39,207 nt of DNA from contig NC_068986.1 of assembly GCF_001194135.2 (NCBI RefSeq), positions 24,066,579 through 24,105,785 of the forward strand, written 5' to 3'. Positions 12,274 to 22,413 of the stretch are shown here, piece by piece. The stretch is from Octopus bimaculoides (Eukaryota). Position numbers and translations under genes: made by a program. Numbering within the stretch: the first letter of the stretch is position 1; each line of letters begins with the position of its first letter. The notes beneath the pieces were generated by a model that made no database searches, was not told the DNA's origin, and saw nothing but the letters and a program-made list of their open reading frames with translations.

Positions 12274-14464
12274 CACTGGTTTACAAATTTTTTTTTTTTT
12301 TTTTGCTCTAAGGCAAGGATGTGAATAGGTGTTTTTTTTACTAATTTTGATGCGGGGGATTGAAGTTTCTGAACAGTTTCGCTCTATCACCTCCAGCTTT
12401 TTGCTTTCACACATCCCATTTAAATTAAACTGCATATAAATTCAAAATATAATGTGTTTATTTCATCTGATACAAAGGCATATTACAGAAAAAGAACAAA
12501 ATACACACAGATCATTGATGGAACTAAATTGCTTGGATAATAGAATACACACAAATCAAAGTGAGTTTTTTGGTCGATCTTGTGTACGTTGCCTCCTGAA
12601 TATCACGCAGAAACATCCAGCAAAAGTCCTCATTATACTGGGGCTCCACGTGCCTTGGTAGTTAATTTTCATCTTAGTAATATCTTGGTGGAACCTTTCT
12701 CCATGATCATCACTCACTGCTCCGAGCTTCGGAGGGAAGAAATTGGGATGGGAGTAAAGAAAGTGAATTTTGAGTGACATTCGGCATCCCATATCCTCAT
12801 AAAACAGGAACTACCTCTTGATACACTCTTGGTAATCTAGTACCCGTGTCTTACCAAGGAAGCCATGGCAGACTGACTTAAATGTTTCTCATGCTCTCAG
12901 TTCCTTTATGGTAAGAAGCTTCTCAGTGTCTTTATCCATCAACACTTCTAGGATCTGAGGTCCGACGAAGATGCCTTCCTTGTAATTAGCAGAACTCAGA
13001 GCAGGGAAAAGAGAGTAGAAGTGTTGGAAATCAGCGCCAATTTTGTCCATCGTCTTCACGAAATTCTTCATTAAATCAAGCTTGATATGAAGAGGAGGAA
13101 GAAAACTTTGTTCGTGTCAACCAGAAGATTTTCTTGAACACTGTGTTCACCAGGCACGAAAGTGCTGTTAGATCCCCAGTCCATCTGTTTGTAGTACTTG
13201 GACTGAGTCCTACTGTTCCAGAGACACAGAAAGTAACAGTACTTTGGAAAGCCCGCTTGCATACCCATAAGGAACCCAATGACCTTCAGATACCCGCATA
13301 GACTCCACTGGCATTGGTTGGACTTGACGGTTTCCAAAATGAGCTCCATATTGTTAGATGAATCTTTCAGATGTACTGACTAGGCCGAGAATGCTGGGGT
13401 ATTCATTTCCTTTGTGCTGGAGCACAGCCTTCAGAATTCGCTTGCAAGAGTCTATGAAAAGATGCCAGTCTGAGGAAGTGTGTGGGAAACCAAAAAAGGT
13501 GAACAAGCCATTGACATTTGTGCAGTAGCACAAACTGTTTACATGTCGAAGGATAAGCAAAATCCAGGTTCGTTGTACTGAAACTGGTGATCCTTACATC
13601 TGCTTTGACCAGGTTCCTCTGCTTAAGCCGGGATGCCAGGAGCTCTGACGGCTTCTTAGATAGATACAAATCACGGGCAAGGTTGTTCAGGTTTTCTTGC
13701 ATGATCCAGTGGGGCTCATTGCCACTTGCTCTTGAATAAACAGAGACATTGCCTTCAGAAGAGATCGACTTGGCAGAATCTTCCTCTGAAAGCATTTCTT
13801 CATCCTTATTTGATGGGGGTGTAGGAACGGGGAGATCATCTGTGTGAGGAACAGGTCTCAAAGCTGAGGGAAGGTTTGGATATTGAACCTTTTTTCTAGA
13901 TGAAGCAATGAAATCTGATATATTTGTTAGACAAAAATAACAATCATCTGCATGGCTTCGTGGCTCACTCCAGACCATCAGGACAGCAAAATTGAAGGCT
14001 GCTTTCTTGCCGTTAAACCATGCTGTTTATCCATTGTAGCAGGGTTTTCAACAGATCTGTGGTGCCCAGGATTTGTCCTGATCTCCAATTTTACAATCAA
14101 AATAACGAAAGTAAGCAGTTCTCAGGAGGGAAGAAATTGTTCGGCACTGTGCAACTTTCGTGAAATCCACACCACACGGAGAAGAACAAATTTGCCTCGT
14201 TGATGCATCCTCGATGTTTTGACGTGCCTGAAGCCCTTTTAGAGACATATTTCATATGTATCACAAAAAACTGAAAGACAAAATAAACATTGATCATATA
14301 TATGGTTACGTGGATTGTCGCAAAATCATAATAATGTATATCACAAAAAAGTAGAGGTGATGAGTGAAAACTGGTTTTGTATTTGAAATCAGCATCCCAT
14401 AATTAGGCTAGAACAACTCTTTTTACGTTTGCTTCAATTTCTCTCTAAACATATGTAATAAGTG
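12274..14464 (-). mobile_element. Chapaev3-like (CMC superfamily) DNA transposon, apparently full length, degenerate
   Basis: Left terminus TAA|CACTGGTTTACAAAT at 12274; right terminus ATATGTAATAAGTG|TTA ending at 14464 (imperfect TIR). Subterminal blocks are also inverted (ctaatt...cagttt...atcacctc near 12340-12395 vs its complement near 14354-14406). An internal transposase pseudogene is present. Confidence 0.75.
12556..14255 (-). pseudogene. Chapaev3-type DDE transposase, multiple stops and frameshifts
   Basis: Collinear motifs over several frames: RGCINEANLF; AYFRYFDCKIGDQDKSWAP; MVWSEPRSHADDCYFCL; YPNLPSALRPVPH; LARDLYLSKK.SELLASRLKQ; WHLFIDSCKRILKAVLQHKGN; QWSLCGYLKVIGFLMGMQAGFPKYCYFLCLWNSR; LPPLHIKLDLMKNFVK; KEGIFVGPQI; SLKIHFLYSH; SDDHGERFHQDI; YQGTWS. 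Confidence 0.85.
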
Positions 14465-14503
14465 TTAAATCTGCCTTGAATCAGCGCTCTGAAATCGTAA
14501 AAC

Positions 14504-14630
14504 ATGGAGAATTTATTGGATAATGTTCTCTTAGATGGCATAGCAAATGCAGCAGAAAAAGGTAACGTGACCATAACTCTAACGCTTTTAATTGAACGGG
14601 CAGATCTGGCGTTCATCAACAACAGCAAAA
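14504..14630 (+). CDS. candidate first coding exon of an ankyrin-repeat-like protein
   Basis: aaaacATGG start; frame reads MENLLDNVLLDGIANAAEKGNVTITLTLLIERADLAFINNSK and ends at donor AAA|gtaaga (phase 1). AAxxG, LL and AD fall in ankyrin register (A9 A10 G13 L21 L22 A26 D27). An alternative acceptor ttctcttag| at 14534 is in the same frame. Confidence 0.42.
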
Positions 14631-15084
14631 GTAAGAGCGCCATATACCATATAGCATGAATGGCATTGCAGCCTTTTTACACACCATTTCATATCAGTAT
14701 TCAATTTACTGAGGTTCTATAATAAAATGTACCAGTAATAAATTAAGCCTATACAGATTTTTAAGACCGAGAAAAATGTTAATAAAATACTAACTTATAA
14801 TAAACAATTTCCTAAGAATACATGAAAGGAAAAGTTATATAGTTGCAGAGATATACTCATGTAAAAGTATATAACGATTTATCGACTCGTTTAAGTTACA
14901 AAGAAACTGTTTCATTACAATCTATATCTACATGTCTACCAATATATTTATCCACTTAACACTATTTATTTCCAAATAGCATCTATACTTATTTCCTTCG
15001 TATTTTATATATATTATATATATTTGGACTAAGACACGCACAGAATTATGGATGCGTTTGTATATATATCTACAATCACACAAC

Positions 15085-15118
15085 ACACAAACACACACAC
15101 TCTCTGTTTCTCTCTCTC

Positions 15119-15160
<42 letters not shown>
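15085..15160. repeat. (CA)n/(CT)n microsatellite
   Basis: direct reading. Confidence 0.9.
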
Positions 15161-15165
<5 letters not shown>

Positions 15166-15336
15166 GCACTACCAGGTGTTGCTTGACACTGTAGCATATA
15201 TCAGATAAAGTCGCCTAGTCTGTGATCTTTGTATTGTATATGTGCGCCAATGAAAAATTTCATATAGATTGGGGCAAAAGATTGTCTAGAAGTTGAAATA
15301 CGCTAGTATAACAAGACATACATACGGACAAACTTA

Positions 15337-15383
<47 letters not shown>

Positions 15384-15422
15384 ATGCGGAGATAAATTCC
15401 TTAAATTTTTGTTCCAAATTAG

Positions 15423-15522
15423 GAGGAAATATGCCGATAATATGCACTTTGTTGATTCACCGGGGATATTTACATCCTAGCAATTCATATCATTGATCAA
15501 GTTGATCTTAATAAAAAAAAAA
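15423..15522 (+). pseudogene. candidate second ankyrin-like exon carrying a 4-nt frameshift
   Basis: Acceptor tttttgttccaaattag| and donor A|gtaaca, both phase 1 and compatible with exon 14504-14630. Removing TTGA (about 15452-15455) gives RGNMPIICTLFTGDIYILAIHIIDQVDLNKKK, in ankyrin register (G2, P5, G13, D27, N29). Confidence 0.35.
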
Positions 15523-15582
15523 GTAACAGACAAATATATAATGAAAAACAATATTTTAGTCCTAATATTTCAAATTTCCTAT

Positions 15583-15912
15583 GGCGGCGAGCTGGTAGAA
15601 ATTTTAGCACGCCGGGAAAAATGCTTAGTGGTATCCCGTCTCTGTGAAGTTATTGGGTGAGTTTGTGTTGAAGTATTTATCGAATTGTTCCCATTGTTAT
15701 TGATTTGAATTGTTGTTTGCATTGTTGTCAAAGTTGTTAATTCGTTAATTGTTTCGTCCGTGTTTACGTTTTGAGTTCAATTGCCGCCGAGATCGACTTT
15801 ACTTTCCGGCTGTCAGTAAAAAAGTACCAAACTGTGTACAGCTGTCGACGTAATAGACTTATCCATTTCTGCGAAATCGCTGGCCTTGTGCACCAAATTC
15901 GAAACCAATATT
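15583..15912 (+). mobile_element. tRNA-derived SINE (Octopus-type), interrupted by a ~110 bp insert
   Basis: GGCGGCGAGCTGGTAGAA head (A-box-like), GAGTTCAATTGCC B-box-like, GAGATCGACTTT core, GGCCTTGTGC 3' block. The same blocks recur in the copies at 16376, 30626 and 37875. Confidence 0.8.
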
Positions 15913-16375
15913 CTTTCAAATTTTCTGTGAAAACATCTTTTACCGAAAACACAAATTGTAGTAATTAACCGAAGTACTTAGTGACTCTTAGATTTTACTT
16001 GCTTCACTCATTGGATCGGTTTGAATATTTTAGTTTAACAATTCAACCTCACTACTTTCTTAGATGTCTGTACATATTTCATGGGTCTCTTTTGTCGAGT
16101 TCTTTTTTTTTTTGCACCGATATGTTACAATGACGTAAACACACCGACAACCTATTGTCAAATTGTGGGTGCAACAAACACAGACTCAAATAAACAATCA
16201 TGCAGACATATACACATTCACACATATCTGTATGTATATATACCACGAGTCTACCGAATACACACACTTTGCGTTAATCTGAACAGCCCTACAATAGAAG
16301 ATACTTGTCAAGCTGCTGCACAGACAAATATTCAGTAAAAATAATATTTTAGTCGTAATGTTTTAAATTTTCTAT

Positions 16376-16515
16376 AGCGGTGAGCTGATAGAATTGTCAG
16401 CACGCCGGGCAGAATGCTTATCGGCATTTCGTCTGTCTTTACGTTCTGAGTTCAAATGACACCGAGATCGACTTTGCTTTTCATTTTTTCGGCTATCGGT
16501 AAAATAAGCACTAAT
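16376..16515 (+). mobile_element. tRNA-derived SINE, 3'-truncated copy
   Basis: AGCGGTGAGCTGATAGAATTGTCAGCACGCCGGGC...TTACGTTCTGAGTTCAAAT...GAGATCGACTTTGCTTTTCAT aligns with the 15583 copy. Confidence 0.8.
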
Positions 16516-17984
16516 TGAGTATATACAATATACATAAGGCTTCTAAGAATATAGGAATCGCGAGGAAAACATAGACTCATCAGAAATAATACGTATTTTC
16601 CACATTTTTCATCGTTTCTTTACTGCTGCTGTGTTTTACAATTGTGCTGAAGGCTCTTTTTCTGAATCATATTCCATTGGCTCATTTCAAATCAAAACTC
16701 GTGCAATATAATAGTATTATAACAGTGCACACAAGGAACTGAAGTTGGTTGCTGTTTTACATTTTTTTTAAGCAAGCCATATTCATGAAATTCTCCACTC
16801 ATTCCTAAAGTTATATTGCCTCATATGCTTTTAACGATATTAGTATCACCTTATATGTGCTTGTATGTTTCTTTGTGTCGGGCCGCCCTGGTTGTGCCGA
16901 CGTATGGACGCATCCCATCTTTGATTTTACTTCTAAATCAGTCCTGAATGGCATAGTTTAATAAGAGAAGTATGTAATTTTAGGTCACTTTGGCTGCTCT
17001 CTCTAGCAAGTGGAACGACCGTATTCAGATACTTTTCGTTACAAAACATTGCAGATGGCAAAGGGCAATGTCTGTGGTTATCATCGGTCACTATGTCAAA
17101 AACAAGCTATTCTTTAAAATCATATCTTGCTATTTTCAATAACGTATTCGTCATTGTTAGAAACTATCTGTAAATGAACTTGGCTTTTCAATTGAACTAT
17201 TCAAAATAAGGATTGATTTTAAACCGACTATTTTATGAATCTTGTGATAAATATTGATTTTAGCAGTTTGGTTTTATTGATCACTGAAAAATTCTAGTTT
17301 AAACTGTATGACTTGATTTTTCGAACAAATGGTCCAGTAAACATCGTTACTAATACAGCTGCGTTCTACCATAAAAAGTCAAATCTAGCCTTTTCACTTT
17401 TTTCGAATGATTCAGATATTGTAAGAGTGGTACACTATTATTTTACTACAAGATTTCAATATACATTCATATACACATGTATGTGGTTATACATGATAGT
17501 TGTTTTTACAAGCATGTACGTTTTTAAAGTAAATATACGAAAATACAATCGATCGTCACAAATGGTATTAGTTTGGGAGATGAACGAAAGTAAATATAGT
17601 GATTTACGATGAGACTCGAACAAATCAGAATTCTGTGATAGCAAATAGATACTTTTGCTTACTTTGTATATTTACCGGCTTTAGTTATTGAACTACGTTT
17701 TTACTGATTTTGAAGCTGATTTCATTTTATCCCTAGCTCGTATATTGGTTTGAGATGTTTCATTTTCTTTTCTTTTTTCTCTTTTTTTTTTGGCTTATTG
17801 CCTACATCATAACATGAGATTCAACTTATGTTCTTTAAATTTTTATCTCTTTATTCACTAGTAAATCCACAAATATGATGATTCATCTAATATATTGCTT
17901 TACGAAGTTATCTTCTTTCAAGAATATAATATATCCTTATTAAACTATGCACATGACGCTAGAATACAAGATTGCATCGTAGCG

Positions 17985-18045
17985 AAATGGTTTCGGGTAC
18001 AGTCGTACTCCGCGTTAACTTGGGCACGTCATTTGTACAAGAGCC
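17985..18045 (+). mobile_element. degenerate fragment of a second SINE family
   Basis: ggtttcgggtacagtcgtact...cttgggcacgtcatttgtac parallels the 18159 copy (ttcaatctcact...ttgagcaagtgtcttgtac). Confidence 0.45.
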
Positions 18046-18158
18046 CTGAGATCAGCGGATAAGCTGCGAGTTAATGTGTAAAAAGAAACGGTGTGGAAGT
18101 CCTAGTTATGAGGATAGGCGTGGTTATGAGAAGAGGCGCAGGTGTGACTATGTGAAGA

Positions 18159-18332
18159 GGCGCAGGCGTAGCTGTGTGGTATGAAGTTTGCTTCCCGAAC
18201 ACATGATTTCGACTTCAATCTCACTGTGTGGCATTTTGAGCAAGTGTCTTGTACTATAGCCTCGTCCGAACAAATTATTATAAGTGAATTTGGTAGACGA
18301 AAAATGAAAGAAGCCTGTCAAGTATATATATA
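18159..18332 (+). mobile_element. tRNA-derived SINE (second family)
   Basis: GGCGCAGGCGTAGCTGTGTGGT head, B-box-like GACTTCAATCTCAC, TTGAGCAAGTGTCTT core, TTTGGTAGACG..GAAAGAAGCC 3' block, (TA)n tail. Confidence 0.7.
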
Positions 18333-18748
18333 AGATCCAAGGATCGACGTGTAGGAAGAAAGTTAGCTTCAAGAAATCAAGTAAACTGTAGTAAATATAA
18401 AAGACAAATATCAGGGAAAAGAGTGGTTTATTGAGACGGAAAGTTGTGGATTCTTTCGTATCAAAATACGATAAACTGAGAGAAGTTCTTTTTATATCTA
18501 ACGGTAGGCGATTAGGTTTCCCGGGTATGCGAATTCGAATGCAGGAGTTAAGAAAAGGAGTAGATAAGGAATAGCGAGTGGAACCTCGAAAGTGGTACGT
18601 ATCCAAGTGAGGTGTATATCGCAGGTGACTCGTCAGGCCAAGTTTATATTGTCGCAAGGAGGTACATGTTAACACATGGAAAATTCGATCAGAATCTTCC
18701 ATGTTTTAGCAGGTACCAAGGAGGTACCTGCTATATATATATATATAT

Positions 18749-19219
18749 NNNNNNNNNNNNNNNNNNNNNNNNNNNNNNNNNNNNNNNNNNNNNNNNNNNN
18801 NNNNNNNNNNNNNNNNNNNNNNNNNNNNNNNNNNNNNNNNNNNNNNNNNNNNNNNNNNNNNNNNNNNNNNNNNNNNNNNNNNNNNNNNNNNNNNNNNNNN
18901 NNNNNNNNNNNNNNNNNNNNNNNNNNNNNNNNNNNNNNNNNNNNNNNNNNNNNNNNNNNNNNNNNNNNNNNNNNNNNNNNNNNNNNNNNNNNNNNNNNNN
19001 NNNNNNNNNNNNNNNNNNNNNNNNNNNNNNNNNNNNNNNNNNNNNNNNNNNNNNNNNNNNNNNNNNNNNNNNNNNNNNNNNNNNNNNNNNNNNNNNNNNN
19101 NNNNNNNNNNNNNNNNNNNNNNNNNNNNNNNNNNNNNNNNNNNNNNNNNNNNNNNNNNNNNNNNNNNNNNNNNNNNNNNNNNNNNNNNNNNNNNNNNNNN
19201 NNNNNNNNNNNNNNNNNNN
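18749..19219. other. assembly gap (N run)
   Basis: N run. Confidence 0.99.
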
Positions 19220-19239
19220 ACACACACACACACATGTAT

Positions 19240-19286
<47 letters not shown>

Positions 19287-19934
19287 AAGCATCAAGCTGA
19301 GGAAAAGAAATCTTTCAAAGGAGCGTGTTAAACATCCAATTCACTGATACTTCTGTTGGATACCATATAAATATTGGTATAATTTAATAATAACGATAAA
19401 TTAAATATAGAGATATTCTATTGCCAATCCAATAATTTAATTATATTACAATATTACATGAAATACTCTGAATATAATACATAACATATTATATAAATAA
19501 TTTTAAAACCGTGAAAGACCAACAAATGTTTTCGACTTATATATTTTTTTTTTTCTGATATACATAATCAATGTTCCATTATATATAAGTCATTTCTGGG
19601 TCCTTGTCAAATAAGTATAATGACATCGCTGCTGTATCCTGGCCACAGTGCAATGACGCATGCTCACACCCTTCCACATACACATTTCCCACTAAACACA
19701 ATTCCCACAATATGTGTGTGTGTGTGTGCGTGTTTGTGTGGTTGTTTGTGTCTGATCTCGTGTGTGTACCTGTGTGTCTTTGATCATAAAAAGATTTCAC
19801 ATTTAAACCTAATTTTTAACAATGTGTATTTTATTACAGTCTATTTTCTGAAATATATTCTTCTGGACAAAGTATACCCTCACTACTACGACATTACTTT
19901 CTTTAGGACACCAAATGTGTATATATATATATAT

Positions 19935-20104
19935 NNNNNNNNNNNNNNNNNNNNNNNNNNNNNNNNNNNNNNNNNNNNNNNNNNNNNNNNNNNNNNNNNN
20001 NNNNNNNNNNNNNNNNNNNNNNNNNNNNNNNNNNNNNNNNNNNNNNNNNNNNNNNNNNNNNNNNNNNNNNNNNNNNNNNNNNNNNNNNNNNNNNNNNNNN
20101 NNNN
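19935..20104. other. assembly gap (N run)
   Basis: N run. Confidence 0.99.
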
Positions 20105-20318
20105 ATCGTTAGCAATGAATCTGGAATCAAGAATGAGACTAATCATATAGGATGGTATGAATAATGTGTCTTACAATAATCATACGAATATGAGAAGACC
20201 AATTATCGTCAAATATTCATTAATTATATCTTTGAAATGCTGTTTCATATACAAGATAAAACTCATCTCACATGTACGAATACTAAATATATTTTGCATA
20301 TATTATCCATGCTCCCCA

Positions 20319-20920
20319 TTTTTTTTTTTTTTTGATATTTGTACTTTTTTAGTTTTGATACTCTTGGTTATCCATGTCATCATGACTCAGCTATTTTCTC
20401 CGTTGCTTAGAGACGAAACCTCTCCATCAGCACATATGCTGTTCCAGTTATGACTCTCATCTGTGTATATTTAATGAAGTCAGGTTGTTCCAAGTTCTGA
20501 TTCTCGGTTCTCATGGTTTTTCAGTTGGTTCCAATTACTTTGAGTGTCACACTCACTCTTAAGGCTCAATGAATGCACTCTGATCCAAAGGTCAGCTCTC
20601 CACGCCTTTCGGCTTTCTCATTATCTGTCTTCTCCATTTTTTGATCTACAGTTGCTGCTGTATCAATAATGCTCCATTCTTTCTTCTCTATCCGGGCGAG
20701 CTTTTTGCAACTTCTTATCTCTGTTGAATGCCATATTCCATGTGAAGGAATTTCATATTGCTCACTCTCTGCAATCAGACAGGGTTGGTGTTCGCACTTC
20801 TACATAACTCCCACACATCTTCCAGCTGAATTGGTTGTGTAACTCTGTCGTGGTTTGGCTACGCATTCGATGCTGCACTTTATACGATTTATATTTTTCT
20901 ATACTTAGGTATTCCTTTCC
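20319..20920 (-). mobile_element. old, degenerate RLE-type LINE 3' fragment with poly(A) tail
   Basis: Broken frames give CRK..IVSA (zinc-knuckle region), HDRV..WKMC, WNM..DKKLQKARPD, WSIIDTAATVDQKMEK..NEKAE (PD..D nuclease core) and KVIG...RVITGTAYVL..* (stop 20407-20409). An A15 tail lies at 20319-20333. Confidence 0.65.
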
Positions 20921-21534
20921 TGCAGACTACTTCATCTGTCATGTAGGCCAACGCGTAAATTTTAAGAATGTCAATGTAGCAATTAGAAAAGTGCACCGCA
21001 TGATAATGTTGGTCATACCATTTCTAAACTGGCATTTCTTCAGGTATGCACCAGCGTACACTATCTGTATATTAAGTCCTTTCTAGTGGATAGCATGTTG
21101 GATTGAGGTAATGGTTCTCTCGTTCAAGGAGGGTAGTTTTAGGAAGCACACTTCAGACTTGGGATTATGGGCTTTGCGGTCGTTTGGCGAAGCATAGTGG
21201 ATAGACCACGGTCGACTTACTTCGTCAGATGCGTCACTGCACCTGTCGCTTATATATGCGATTTCGTTTCGTACGCACGCTCTTTCTTTCTGGTGGGCAG
21301 AGTCATCTCAGAGTACACTAAGAGGTGTCTTGTAAATGCTAGTGTACACACAGACAAACATATTCAAATAAATGTCTGTGTGTGTATATGTGTGTGTATG
21401 CGTGTATGTGTGTGCATGTGTGTGCCTATGTGTGTGTGTATACACTATTTACACATACGTGTTCTAGCCAGTTTTCATCCTATACGTATTTCATCGACGC
21501 CGTAGGGATGAAAGCAAAGTCATCATCGGCTCCA

Positions 21535-21551
21535 TAATAATGATAATAATT

Positions 21552-21582
<31 letters not shown>

Positions 21583-21790
21583 CAACAACAACAATAATGA
21601 TAATGATGATAATTATAACAATAATAATAACAATGAAAATGATAATAATTATAATAATAATAATAACTATAATAAAAATGACAATAATAACAATACTAAT
21701 AATAATAACAGCAACAACAACCACAACAACAATAATAATAATGATAATAATGACAACAACAACAAAAACAACAACAACAACAACAACAAC

Positions 21791-21846
<56 letters not shown>

Positions 21847-21850
21847 TAAT
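21535..21850. repeat. interrupted (AAT)n/(AAC)n trinucleotide array
   Basis: direct reading; the poly-I/T ORF is an artefact. Confidence 0.95.
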
Positions 21851-21875
21851 ATTTCGTTGAAGAAGAAAAAGAAGA

Positions 21876-22356
21876 NNNNNNNNNNNNNNNNNNNNNNNNN
21901 NNNNNNNNNNNNNNNNNNNNNNNNNNNNNNNNNNNNNNNNNNNNNNNNNNNNNNNNNNNNNNNNNNNNNNNNNNNNNNNNNNNNNNNNNNNNNNNNNNNN
22001 NNNNNNNNNNNNNNNNNNNNNNNNNNNNNNNNNNNNNNNNNNNNNNNNNNNNNNNNNNNNNNNNNNNNNNNNNNNNNNNNNNNNNNNNNNNNNNNNNNNN
22101 NNNNNNNNNNNNNNNNNNNNNNNNNNNNNNNNNNNNNNNNNNNNNNNNNNNNNNNNNNNNNNNNNNNNNNNNNNNNNNNNNNNNNNNNNNNNNNNNNNNN
22201 NNNNNNNNNNNNNNNNNNNNNNNNNNNNNNNNNNNNNNNNNNNNNNNNNNNNNNNNNNNNNNNNNNNNNNNNNNNNNNNNNNNNNNNNNNNNNNNNNNNN
22301 NNNNNNNNNNNNNNNNNNNNNNNNNNNNNNNNNNNNNNNNNNNNNNNNNNNNNNNN
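21876..22356. other. assembly gap (N run)
   Basis: N run. Confidence 0.99.

Positions 22357-22412
<56 letters not shown>
22357..22412. repeat. (AGAT)n microsatellite
   Basis: direct reading. Confidence 0.95.

Positions 22413-22413
<1 letters not shown>

Noticed and set aside
16870-17025. Possible repeat fragment (…ttggctgctctctctagcaagtggaacgacc)
   Set aside because: Similarity rests on memory only, with no second copy in the window
17059-17150. Acceptor followed by ankyrin-like fragments (G.RAM...IGHY)
   Set aside because: Needs several indels to fit the register; not distinguishable from chance
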